From Pseudovirgaria hyperparasitica (lineage: Eukaryota), in assembly GCA_010093815.1 (NCBI GenBank), contig ML996570.1: a stretch of DNA of 64,000 nucleotides. The stretch is one strand, 5' to 3'. Positions within the stretch are counted from its first letter, which is position 1, and each line of letters begins with the position of its first letter. Shown piece by piece: positions 1 to 13,068 of this stretch. Below the pieces are notes generated by a model. The model ran no database searches and was not told the DNA's origin. It saw nothing but the letters and a program-made list of their open reading frames with translations. A program made the position numbers and the translations under genes.

Positions 1-474
1 CTGACGGTTACGCTACTTCTATGATACGACAATAGTCTTTGAGATCAGGTTTTTCGTGGCTGGTGATAGTGCCAGTGGGGAGATCAATGAATGATAACAA
101 TAATTGTAATACTATGCAGCAGCAAAAGGAGGGGTCTTTGGTGGGTTGAGTCTCATGAATTGATTTGTCTTGCTACCAGCGCTCAAAGCAGCTCTCTCAC
201 TAAGCTATGCTCTACAAAGAGTACATTTCGAATATAAACATGAAAATATTCGCCCTCGACCGGGGAGCTAATGTTAGAACTATACATATAAACGTAGGCC
301 AGTTTTGTATACTGCAGCCCAACCAAGTCATGCCTGAACGCTTTGCAAGATTATGCTTTACTTGCCCAGTATTGCTTGCTCCGTGATGCCATTCTCCCCA
401 CTAATGTCCGAATCCCAATGCAGATACTTGTTTATGCTATGTTCATAATGCCTGTCCATACTCCAGAGCTCTCC

Positions 475-3400
475 CTACACCGTGAAGCCCACCCCGCTAG
501 TCTCATCATCCCCACTGACATATCCGTCGTCACTTTCTGTCTTCTCCCCCATCCCCGTGAAGACTTTACTCAGACGCACGCATTTCTCGATGATTTCTCC
601 TCTGATCTCCCTACTAAACCCACTCTTGCGGCCCGTTTCTCGTCCAACCCACAGGCGTAGCAGGCTGGCCAATCGCTCTAGGCCTTCACTACTGTCTGCC
701 AATAGCTCAAAGTCATTGCTGAATGAAAGGAGAATTTTGTATGCAGCCACGAAGCTGAGTAAGGAAAGCGTGTACTCGTTGAGCAGGTTGGTGCGAATCG
801 GGAAGGTTGCGCGAATGCGCGCTTCGACTGATCCTGTTGCTTTGCTTGCTTCGGCGAGAGATAGGCAGCGGGCCATGGTGAGGGCTTTGATAACATCGGA
901 CGAAACAGGTGCCGTTCCGACGACATTCATGAGTGGTCCTGCTGCTGAACTGGACTCCGAGAGCTTGAGTGGGACGGCATTGAAGGCAGTAGCGACCTCT
1001 TCGTCTCTGTTACTGTCCAGCAGAATGGACTTGGCGACCAACGCACGCACTTGTGCACCTGAATTAGGAGGTGCCGTATCGACCGCGAGTTTCAGGTCCT
1101 CAGTCCAGGTGCTGTCCTTATCAAACGAGTCGACGAGTGCGCGGTTCAAGATCAGGCCTGACCACCACGCAGCCAAAGCATCGAGTGGTCCTGAAATAGC
1201 AAAGTCTTCGAGAACGCTGTCAAGACTCAGGTCGACATCAGTATTCTCGCCGCTTGGTTTGTTCCAGGCAAGGTTGTATGCGCGTTGAATGAGTGGATGG
1301 ACAAGAACATCGTCACATTCGATGTCGAGCAAGGCCGCAAGATGAGTAGGCAGCCGCTCGCTATCGACAATCTCTGCCCGGCTGGTCATCATCCTGTGCT
1401 CGGCTCGAGCCTGGTTCCAGTAGTGACGCGCAAGCTTCGCACTGATCTCTTCGAATTTATACCAGGCGCCGATCTTCGTGTTAGCTACTTCCCAGAGAAG
1501 GACGCGGATGTGCAATGCTTTGAGCATTAGTCGGCCAGGGGTATCTGGCAGAGTGCCTGAGGCCATGAGAGTCAATATCAAGCGTCTCACGTTGATTTCT
1601 GCATCGCCTCCAGTCAATTGTGCGTCCAAGGCGATGGACCAGGCCTTTACTCGTCCTTCCTCCTGCTCCCTTGTGGCTCCAGTCAAGAAGGCATAGCCCT
1701 GCCAACCAATAAGGTGACGCGTGCTCAGCTTGCATATCTTGAGACCAAGAGCCGTAATCTCCGCCAAAAAGCTGTGCTGTGGTACCCATATTGACTGGAC
1801 GGCTGTGAGCCATGCTTGGCAGCGTAGCTCAACAGGTGAGGCAAGCGACAGAGTCGGCGTGACTCTCGTGATAGTAGAAGGAGCTTTCTTGGACTTTGGC
1901 TTGGACGTGAGGATGGGCCAAGCAAGATACATCAGCGCGAAGATAACCAAAACGAATTTAAACAGAGGCAGAACGTTGCCAGGTCCATTGGAACCAGTGA
2001 CAGGTGGTATAGATATGGTTGCCCATTCTCCAAAAAGCTCGACCGGTAAGCCAAACAAAGATTCTGTCTTGGTGTCTTCATTTGACTCCTTACGCTCTGC
2101 TAGACCTTCTAGAATCATCAACCCTGCGAATGAACCAATCATTATCTTGTTCATGAAACCGCCACCGCCACGACCCTGAACCATGGGTGGTTGGCCAGCC
2201 ATATTCTGCCCCGGAGGCGGATTCAGATAGCTACCGTAGGGCGTAGACGCATAGTGAGATTGTGCTTTATTGCGACGATGGAGATTGGCCATACTCTCCG
2301 GTACTGGTATCATACCCTGGGGTGTGGCCTGAGCGGACGCGTGAAGTGATGATGAAGATCCAGTAAAGGTGTCTTCTGAATACCTAATTCCACTATCTGC
2401 CATAGCCATCGTAGCCATGCCCATAGACCTTGTCATTGCGAGCTTATTGAAATTGTCAAGCCGAGTCTTGTAATCCGCAAGCTCATCATTGAGGCGCTTG
2501 TTTCTTTTCTCAAGATGCCGAATGTACTCGGTGGCCTTTGCAAGAACTGTTGCTTTGTTCAATTTGTGAGCAGGAGTGAGGCCCTCAAGATCCTCTGGAT
2601 CATCGTCCTCCAATGTTCCGTTCGGACGGGACATAACACGCAAACTGGGGACACTATCTCTCAATGCCGCGATCTTATCATTCAGATTTGTTCTATATCG
2701 CTTCTCGATCATGTTGTGAGCTGTTTTTTTCACTGGCTCTTGCCTGTCTGATGAATCTTTTTCCTCATCAGAAGTAGAAGCCTTGCGTTTCTTCCTATTG
2801 AACTCCGGGCGGGCAGGTTCAGGGGAAGACTCAGATCCTGCAGATCCTGAAGTGACCGGAGTGGGGTTGAACTTGACTGCAGATGGCGATGTCTCTGATG
2901 AGGGTGTCGTACCTAGCTTAAACTGACCGGCGGCTTTGCTCATGGTTTCGGCATTTAAAGGACCAGTATTGCTAAGGCTAAATTGGGAACCATTTTCCCA
3001 TGCCAACGGTTCCAGGTACGTGTCATTTGGAAAGCCGTGGAGATCTCTTGATGATGCAGGAAGAGAAGAGTAGTTGAATTGGTAGCCGGACGAAACATCT
3101 AGGTTTGATCCAAAGTCGAAGGAATGCTCGTTCCGAACACTACTGCGGTCGAGGTGATGTGTGTCTGGAGAGTGACTGCTTCTTTGCAATGTATGTGAGT
3201 CTGATTGACTGTTTTGGTCGGGAGAAGTTCCTGGATCAGTCTGGAGAAGACTTGGTGTGTCTACGGAATTCGAAGAAAGGCTCTCCGGTCCTGGCTCCCA
3301 ACGCATCCATTCTTCCCAATTGCTTTGGGCGAAATGAGACCCAGATCGTGCCAACATGGCAGAATCTTCTGCGGCAGTGGAATTCATCCATGGTGCTGCG

Positions 3401-3637
3401 TTGAAGGACGGAAACTCGCTAGACATGTTGGGGTCCTCCATACTATCAGACTTGTTGGCCGTGGTCAAACCTTCACAATCCTCCTCTACAGGCGAGTCGA
3501 GATCCTCGAAGTCACCAAATAGGCTGATCTGTTCAAACATATTTCGTTAGCCACCAGAGCTATCAAACCTCTTTACGTCTACATACGGACGTCTGCTCGA
3601 GGTCGGCATCCTCGTCAGCGGGATCGAAAAGCATCAT
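475..3637 (-). CDS. srbA: Sterol regulatory element-binding protein (SREBP): bHLH-Zip, two TM segments, fungal C-terminal domain
   Basis: bHLH KKTAHNMIEKRYRTNLNDKI...KLNKATVLAKATEYIRHLE has the SREBP-diagnostic Tyr (KRYR). Two hydrophobic segments (KIMIGSFAGLMILEGL, FVLVIFALMYLAWPIL). Exon 1 3637-3587 (MMLFDPADEDADLEQTS), intron 3586-3529 (GTATGT..GCTAAC..CAG), exon 2 3528-475. Confidence 0.93.
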
Positions 3638-6600
3638 GTGTACAGAGCTGTATTTGGGCCAATATCGAGGGGTCAAATGAGCGACACAAGAGTTCTCGAC
3701 GGAGGGAAGAAAGTGTAGTAGCATGCATCAATGAGAGGGCTTACCAAGAAGAATATGGATCATGCAAGGGGATGCATAATAGTATGGAACGAACAGCTGA
3801 AGCAAAGTCGCGTGTTTTCCCAAGAGTACTAGGATGTCAAGGGCTTAATCCAGAACGGACCATGCAGAAGCGATGACAAAGGCAGGGAGTTGATTGAAGA
3901 AATGGGGTTAGAAGACACAAAAGGGAGCAGCGTCCGCGTCCAGTCTGATAGTTTGTGACCGGGGTTGGCAGGGCAGATACTGTAGAACAGCAGACACCTT
4001 CAGTCAGACGGAAAAGAGACAGAAGAAGACGGCTGGTGGCGTAAGCGTGTGCGCCAGGGTATATGAGGTCGTTGTGCGAGATGATGTGAATGGAAATGTG
4101 TACGTGGACGTTGGTGAGAGAGTCAGAGAAGCAGAGAGTCAGAGATCGTGATGTTCGAGGGTTCATGGGCGCCATCCGGTCCGGCAGCCCTTGCCAGAAC
4201 CTTACCCGATCCGTCAAGATGGCCTGATGTCGAACCACTTTTGCGCCGAATTCCAGGGTCTGTCAATGCTAGCGTAGCTTCTACTACAGTAGCTGGGCAC
4301 CGACGACCGATCATAGCACGTGAGCGGTCAGCCCTATACACATCATTCATGGATATATAAAGGTTGTCGACGTTATAGTATTGAGAGGTGTCGTTTTTGG
4401 CAATGTGATCCTAAATTATTGCTGCGTATTCATGTGTTGCGAATCGAGCACGGACCGGAAGTTCAAGCTCTCAGCCCAGCATGTACTTATAGGTATCTCT
4501 AGAATCGTAGTATCGTCTTTACGAACACATAGTCACTGTCGAGGTACGTTATGAGATGTGAGGTCATGTGTGCCTCTTACCTTGCGTTACAGAAGAGTGT
4601 TGCCGTCAGATGAAGCTGCTGCTGCTCTGGTTCACAGAGCTGTGCAGTAATGAAATTGTAGCTAAGCCACGACGGCATAATGCTGCTCTGCATGCCAGGG
4701 AATGTACTGTTAATGATGCGTATCTTTGCATCGGTTCGCCTCGTCAGACTAAATACCTTGTGGTCACCCCGTATATGCACATGCAAGCATGGTCCATGAG
4801 GTGGATGAGCCTCGAGATCACCGAACCGAACCCCTCAAGCGTCTAGTTAAGTGTCTGCCTTTGTCTTGCCACATTTGACGTTTGTTAGCTTTGTTCTGTA
4901 TCGATATGATAAGAGAATAGCGCCGGCAAGGTCTTACGCGGTCGGACAAGCTATATATGCTGCTATGCAGGTTTACGCAAGTGCCAAGCGACTCGCATAC
5001 ATATATTAGAACAACCTGACCTATTCGCCATATCACTAGGAGTGTTGTAGAACCATCAAAGATCTACAAATGGCGGTCTTTTACGAAGACATCTTCATTT
5101 GCTGTTTACCAAGCACCGTAGTTAAGATTGCGAAGCGTATCAAAAGCCTAGCCGTCGACGCCGTCTGTAAGACAGTAAGACTGGTAGCTTGTCATATACC
5201 GTACATCCCTCTCCTCTGCACCGTTGCCCACGCCGCAACAAAATCAGTACCAGATTCCACAGTCGGCGTAGTTGCATCACTCGCCGGATCGCCCATGCTT
5301 TATTGAGAGCTGCAAAGCACATATACGTTGCAGCAGTGTGCTGTACCTTCGCTAATGTCACTTTGTGCAACCTTAAGCACTGCATTCCTGTAGATTAGAA
5401 GGGGCGGTCTCGCTTCGAGCGATATTATATGTCGCTTAGATCGATATTTGAATGAACTCCCGCGTGTTGATCGACTTCCTCTGTGGTATTACCTTGTGCG
5501 ACAGACCGCGAAGCTTTCGACGAACGATAAGACCGCATAGGCGAGATGGTCGGCAGCTGGGTCAAGCCTTCGCCTCGAATATCCCACTGCGTAGTACAAT
5601 GTGCACCTCGTGTGTATCGATCTCGATCATTAGCGGGTGGCGACTCTTATCGATTGTCAGACACTACCTCGTCGACGTGTGACAGAATCTTGTAGAACTA
5701 AAGGTATCGCCATCCCTACTAGTTGTAAGTGACATTATGTATCTCCCGAAAGTCTCCGAGATAAGCAAAAGTAAATCAAACCAGGTAGATATCTGTCGAT
5801 CCGTTCGGGATTTTGAGCTCCATGTGACAAGACACAAGGCGCAATTCCTGTCTGCTTCAAGACCTGATAGGTACGGAGAAGATCATCAGTAGCGAACAAG
5901 AGATGCGATTCATATATCACAGGTGGTAGTGACATCATTCACCAAGAGAGATTAGGGTACAGAATGTGTCAATTCGACAAGATTCGAAAGAGAGCGTAGC
6001 AGGAAACTTCAAGCGCCTTTTCGGCACTCGACGACGCTAACAAGCCTTAATGTGTATGGGTAAGGTGCCGCATCGATAATGATCCAGGGGGAAGAAGATT
6101 TCTTCTTCAGTAACGATGTCCGAAAGGGAGCATGGATGTTGTGTTTAAGATTACTCAGTTCCAATTAGTATACAATGAGAGAAAATGTGCTTGCGCCGCA
6201 CGAGATCCAGAGGTAACGAATTTAGCGCCGAAATAAACTGGTTCAAAGGTTGATTCTTGAAAGCTGTTCACCGGGTACAGCGAAGTTTAGTGCGTACCTA
6301 AGTTGATTAATAGACGGAGGAAAAGAGGACACTAAAAGAGCCACTCCACGTGGCTTCACCGTCATCGTCAGTCAGGCTGGAGTTGGAACGTTTACGGCCC
6401 GGACGGGTATCGTCAGGCTTGGATTGCTCCAGCTTCGCTGAGTTTCTTGCCATTCATTGGCTGATGCTCTCTTCGTAGACAATAGTCCGCGGCTGATATG
6501 GTTCACGGCACAGCACATTTGGACCGCGCTTCATTTTTGACAGCAACCACCTGCGCAACACAACAGCTTTGTGCGTGCCTGTCCAATATTCCGTAACACA

Positions 6601-8532
6601 TCCAGGATTCGGGGAGGCGAGTACTTACTGGTCACCCATGTACACCGCTGAACGAGACACGGACAATTGATTGATGCTGATCCATGGTCAACCTTCGAGG
6701 CTGAGCACAGTGCAGGCAAGTTGTGGGTAGGGTGAAGTTCTGACACTCATGTCCTGATCAATCCTTTTGTGAGAGCGTGTCGACGAGTTTCTGTGCCCAT
6801 CACACCCACGTGCTGAGTCTACTCTTGATACTCACCTCATTCAAGGACGAAGAATCCACGCCAATATGGCGCTAAGGCATTGATGGCTCTATAGAACATT
6901 GGAAGAAATCAATAAGACTGAGCCAGGAAGAGCATTTACCTTATGAATACTGGTGATCGTGCTTGGCAGTGGTGTGAGAGATGAATATTATGTACGAAAA
7001 CGAGATGTGGTACGTACGGGTCCGCGCTTCAGCTGCATATCATAAGAAGCGGGCTGAGGGTTCCACAAATGTCATCTACGGAGCACGTCTTTGTTAAGGA
7101 GTTGGTAGAATATGAAGCAGGAATCGATGGCGAGACTTTTTCAAGCATGGCCAAATCGACGCTAGGGAGTGACATATGACAGAACTTGCTCCATAGAGAT
7201 CGAAAGAAGAGTATCCCGTAACAGTCAGACCAGGAGCCAGGAACGCCTCAAGATGGCGTAGTGTAGTGAGTGGGTGACTAAGATTGTCATTACCGCCGTC
7301 TTCTCATGCTTATCAGTCACAAAAAGCATTATTGCTTTTCGTCATGTGCACGAGAATTGGAGAAGTCGTGTATGAATGACAATCAGACATGCCTGTCCTG
7401 TGTCATACACAAAGCAGATATGACGAGGAATGGCAAAGCCAGTGATGGAACTTGCCATTTGGTAGTCGGCCTTTTAAAGTATTGTTGCCACGCATCTCAA
7501 TATCGAGGGCCTTTAGGTAGCACAATTAGCATTGGCATCGTCATCGTCTAAAGCCTCCCGAGGGAACGCTCCACGCGAATCGAGTGCGGCCGACGAGTCA
7601 TGGGCGAGCGGTGACCTCCCCCCGTCTTTAGCTGCTATCCAGGCTTTTCACGCCGTACATCGTACACGCCAGCGTTTCGCGCTTGATCCTAGGTTGCAGC
7701 CAAAGTATGTCCTGATCACACGACACGGCACTGAGAGTTGGCCGTTCTGGGAGTGTACGATTCTCAAAGCGTACGCTGTCTGGCAAGGGGCCCTGGACGA
7801 GAATCAGATGCAGATGCATCTCAATCCCGTCGCATCAACAATTCACCATCCCCCACCCCGGCTCGATGCGCCACATCTCGTCTTCGCTCTGGGGTGCAGG
7901 GCCGGACAGGGAATGTGGGTTTGTGGTGGAGAAAGGTATAGGTATGGAGGGAGGGTTAGCTGTGATTCGGAGCAGGGTTGGATTGGGGGAGGGCTGACCA
8001 GACCAGATCGTACCTTTTGCGGCTATCTGCACGAACATCTCGTAGAAGGCCGGAAAGAAAAGAAACATTGCCGAGGGCGTCGATGTCCCGTCTTGCATCT
8101 GCAAAGCGTTAGAAGCGATCCAGCCACGATTCGTTATGTGTACTTGGCTGGTAGTGGTGAGCCGGCGGAAGAGCGAAACAGATGTTGGGCTTTTTGGGGG
8201 CGCAAACGAACGATGGATTCATCTCGGATGAATCGTAACGCATCTTGCATCTCATACCATCTCACACCAGCAGTATGAGGGCGCTCCGAGTCACAGTAGG
8301 TAATAGGTATCAATGCTGAGCGTGCGGGACCCGTTGCGAGATGTGGAAGTGGAAAGGGAAAGGGGGCAGCAGGTGCCGAATGCGAGGGGGGGCTTTTGGG
8401 GGGGCATCTGGGCATCTGGGCCGCTGCAGGTGGGCCGTTGCGGTGTTGCGGCGTTGCCAATGCAGCCAAAAAAAAGGTGCCAATCATTACGACGAGAAGC
8501 TTGGGAATGGGCCCAAAATCCCTTGCGGCATC

Positions 8533-8607
8533 GCCCACTAAGCTGCCCACTAAGCTGCCCACTAAGTTGCCCACTAATTACTCGCCCACTCGCCCACTCA
8601 CCCGCCC
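8533..8607 (+). repeat. 12-bp tandem repeat GCCCACTAAGCT (~4 copies) decaying into GCCCACTC units, upstream of nsdD
   Basis: gcccactaagct gcccactaagct gcccactaagtt gcccactaatta ctc gcccactc gcccactc accc gccc read directly. Confidence 0.9.
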
Positions 8608-9462
8608 ATCGACCCCACCCATCGCAACTCAATCTGATTCTGCCCAGCTGTGTGTGTGCCATGCCCGCTGGTGCCCGCTCCCTATCCTAATTATCATCTC
8701 TACCTCTCTGTCTCTCTCCTCCATCCCGGTTCCCAGTCCAAGTTCAAGGCGTCACTGGAACTGGCTCCTCTTCTATACCCACGTAAATCTCACACAACCC
8801 GTTTCCACTGCGATTCCATGCACACCACATCCTATCTCTACCTCCTAGAACCCTACACTTCGTTACTAGGTACTATCTATTCTTGCACATCCACTCTCGT
8901 GCTCGACTTCAAATTCCCGGCTAACTCCCCATCTCCCTCCTCGTCGGAACGGGATCCTGTCAATCTCTTACACCTGCCGTCTTCCGAAACCAGATCCACG
9001 ACGCTCATTCCTCGCAATATCTATCCTACCGTATTAGGCTCGACAGGTATCATCGACCTCGTACGATCGCTCGGCTGGTAATTGCGCATCAACTATCTCA
9101 AGTCATACTTCCCAGTTGCAGTCTATCGAGCGTCCAAGCTTCGTTCTTCTCTACCTGCACCTTTGAGAGTTGTCGCGACAGACCTCTTAAATATCGACGA
9201 ATCCTGGTCTCCACCTCTTGACCGTTCATCTGCTACACTGGAATTTGATACTGGCCACCCCATCTTGCACATCGCCACATCTACGGATATAGCTACATTG
9301 AGCAACAGTACGACGCTACCAGAACGCCTGGCTAACACTAACAAATGCTGCTCTCGAGGTAACCGAACCTACAAGTGTTGCAAGAGAAGACTATTCTAGC
9401 AGAGAATTCAGCTTCAAGGAGCATAGGCCATCTTTGCAAGAATCACTGCCATTCTATGCACC

Positions 9463-11127
9463 ATGGCAGCTGTGGAAGTGAGTCCAAGACATAGGTTCGT
9501 CACCCTATTTCTCTTCTCTGACTGTGTTGCTGATCTTGTTCACAGCGCCGCACTACCTCCAATGAATCTCATAGATATGGCTCCGGTCAAGCGAGAAGAT
9601 AGGGATGCTCATAAAAAGCAAGACAGCCTAGTCTCAGCATCGGGAACATGTACCCCGTACTCGCCAGCAGCATCAAGGCCATCACTGACTGGTCTTCAAC
9701 ATCATGCCTCAGCCCATGGCCCTGCCGCTCTCGCTAGTCACTTATCTCCACCAGATGCACGTCGTACGTCAGCAGACGACAAGGACCAGAGCCAACCTGC
9801 GAAACTTTCTTTACCATCAATACACGAAGCTCTAAATTCTGAGCAGCGATATCCACCTCCGCAGAACTTACATGCACCGACTTCTGCTCCCTCTTCTGCA
9901 CCACTACATTATCATCATTCACATGCCGCCTCACCATCTGAGGTATCGCATCGGCCATTCGCTCCCGAGCTCTCACAGCCTGGACCTGTCTATCCGGCTG
10001 CAGTCTCGCAAAGTTATGCCAATCCTACGTCAGCTACCTCTGGTACTCCACGACCTGGTCCATCGGATTCCTTTTCAAGACCATCTTTCACTCCTACCGG
10101 CCATGCATCTAGACTGCCATCATTACACCTTAGAACCATGGACTCGCCAATTGAAGCGAGTAGACCACCGCCGTGCTATGGCTCACACCATCCGTCTGCT
10201 CCTGAATCTGGATCTCACTCAGCTGGAAATCTGCCATACGGATACGTAGGCGCACATTCTCATCCTAACCACCCCTACTCTGCTCCTTCTCAGGCTACTC
10301 CTGGACCCCACTTTGCGCCAACTTCTACCTATCCCGCACCACCCCGGTATCGGGACGCTTGGAGACCAGAGGATGCAAACAACGTGGAGGAGATGAAGAA
10401 GAACGGCCGGCAACCTGGCGCAGTATACGGCGAGTCCGTAAAGCGCCACCTTGACAACTTCGACCTAGAGGCATCATTGAATGAAATTGCCGAAGGCAGC
10501 GGTCGGATCTTAGATTTCTCGAGGTCGTACGGCGCGCGCGCAACCCAGACAGCTCAGCGAATGGGTCCAACGCATGTTTCAATTCCTTCAATGACAGAGG
10601 TTGATGGTCTTTTGATACAAAGCACACGGATACAAGACTGTCTGAAAAGGATACAGCATCTTATTCACACGCAGCAAACTGTCATGGCCGAGAAAGCTCA
10701 AGACCAAAGATACCACGCCATGAACAACGGATATGAAGAGCCAAATCAAGGTCCATATACCGATGACCAGAAACGTGTCGGTGACTTCGCCGGACCAGAT
10801 CCAAAGAAACGGCGAGGCGTAAGCATAAATTATCCTATCTAGGATGACTTCAACTAACAAGTCTGTATAGCGAGCTGCACCACCAGGTCGCTGTCATAGT
10901 TGCAATCGAGCCGAGACTCCTGAATGGCGTCGTGGACCAGATGGCGCTCGAACATTATGTAATGCCTGTGGACTTCGTATGTATCATCGAGCTCCGTCAG
11001 TTCCCTTGCATACTAACACTTCATAGACTACGCCAAATTGACACGCAAGATGGGCACCAACAAAACCGCCATCGGCAATTCGAATCTCCGGCCAAAATCA
11101 GTAGGTCCGAGTTCTCCAGGATCGTGA
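9463..11127 (+). CDS. nsdD: GATA zinc-finger developmental regulator (NsdD/SUB-1/Pro44/Ltf1 family); start codon uncertain
   Basis: Conserved [23 protein letters not shown] block. After splicing introns 10819-10870 and 10977-11026: [48 protein letters not shown] (C-X2-C-X18-C-X2-C). Stop TGA 11125-11127. An intron-like segment at 9478-9545 means the real start may be a downstream ATG (MNLIDMAP). Confidence 0.92.
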
Positions 11128-12945
11128 TGAGTGGATCTCAAGACTCTGAACATACCCAATCGCACTTCACAGCTATGTCAGAGACGAGCATGACATTCAG
11201 GGAGTGTTGTAACACAAGAGGCCCTATCGGCCCGTCCACGGTGGAATGTCATCTCAACCAAGGCTCCGCATGATCATGCACAGTACTCTGCGCTAGATCC
11301 ACTATTAGCGTGATTATCGGCTACCGTTCATCTACAAATGGATCGTGCCAGGATCTGCCGAGCATCATTCGAGTCTCATCTGCCGAGTCGATCATAACAC
11401 CCTTGGGCACGCAACATCTCTCTGCTATACGGTCATACTGCCTTTCCGATCATTCGAGCCGACTTCTATTTTCTTCAACAACGATAAAGCGCCGGCGCAT
11501 CGAGAGTCTAAGGCCAGGACTTGTTGCGGCCCAAGGGTAGGGCCGTTTCTGGGCATCCATCATCAATCGTGAAACAACAGAGGCCTCGAGTATATATGCT
11601 TGTAGTTTGGGGGTTGGTAGGTGTCCAACATATTATTGTACAAACAATCGAAGGAGTACGGCGCATAAATGAGGCTGTACATTAAGCCACTCATGGTGTA
11701 GGAGGGCACGGCATAGGGAAGTTGCCAGCCCCAGGAAATCCGTTTTTGTCACGACAGCTTGATTTTTATGTTTATTTCGAGATACCACGGCGAAGCGCAT
11801 TGACGCCGCCATCGCATGTCTTATTAGGGATCATGATGAGCAACTAGATGGTAGAGATAGCCGCAAATTGAGCGGCCACTGCATATGGGGAATATACATA
11901 GACTTCTGATGATCTTCCGCGAACAGATACGTGATCGCTCGGGTGCGTGAGTGAGCAGTTGGAGTGTTTTCTTGATTTGGTAAGAGGCAAGGTCTAGGCG
12001 GCTCATGCTTGAATCAGTCCACGCCTTGTCCTGAGGATCTGATACGCCCCACGGTTACAGCCGGTTGAGGCATCTGTATTGTCTGTTCCTGGATGTGTGA
12101 GCAGTAGGCACATGCGCGTTGTGTTTGTGTTGTATTGGACTTTGAAGCTCGAGGAATCTGTGTGCCCCTATTTTTGGTATAGCTTCATGATGACCACCTT
12201 CTATTTTGAGGGCGAGGGAAACAACGAACGTGTGCAGCTCAACTACCGTACGAATCGTTGTTGAGCATTCTGTGCCAAGGAGTACTCGGACCCTCCTCCC
12301 TCTTCGTGGATGGCTGAGCACTCGATAATTCTCAGCAGAGAGAGAGAGAGCACAGCTGGACGTCAGTCAGGGACCAGGGAGCCGGAGAGCGCTCCTTTGA
12401 ACGGTGGCATCGCGGTCGAAATGTGATTTCAATGCCTGGGGCTGGGTTTGAAGCTAAACCAGACTTTGCGCTTCCGATGATGCTTGGGAGGGGTGGCAGC
12501 GAGGAACATCCCTGGGACTGGAGGAAACGAAGATGCCTGTTCAACACACACACACACGCACACACACACAACGCATGTCCACTGATGACAGGCGGCGCTT
12601 ATCGAGATGGGCGGTTGCGATTTAGATCTCATCTGATCTAATAATTGCTTGCCATAGAAGAAGTTCGGCGCTGCGGTCCCCCCCCTCCCTCTCCACTCTT
12701 CAGCCCCCCCGAGCCCCCAGACCGGGGGCTCACCCGCAACGCAACGCAGCTCAATAGTGGAGTCTCGTATCGCATCGTATACATCGTGACGATGTTGGTA
12801 TGTGGTGTGGAGTGTTGTGGTCCAACAATTGTCCGTTTATAGGACCTATGTGTGTGTGTGTGCGTGTGTTTTTGTGCATACACTCCGTACGCACCGCTGC
12901 CAGTCTTGCTCGAGTCTGCATCGACGATGTGTGAAACACGCACAC

Positions 12946-13068
12946 ACACACACAGACACACACACACACAGACACACACACACACAGACACACACACACA
13001 CACACACAGACACGCACACAGACACACACACAGACAGACACGCACCAGACACGCACATACACATACAC
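12946..13068 (+). repeat. Compound (CA)n/(CACAGA)n microsatellite, ~120 bp
   Basis: acacgcacacacacacacagacacacacacacacagac... Smaller (CA)n/(TG)n tracts near 12544-12571, 12849-12868 and 13284-13295. Confidence 0.95.

Noticed and set aside
482..2179. Long plus-strand ORFs (268 aa, 152 aa) over srbA
   Set aside because: Antisense shadows of a real CDS with no motifs of their own.
7532..8848. 248-aa and other ORFs upstream of nsdD
   Set aside because: Non-ATG starts, no domain, random composition; TKLP/GQLS repeats come from the 12-bp DNA repeat.
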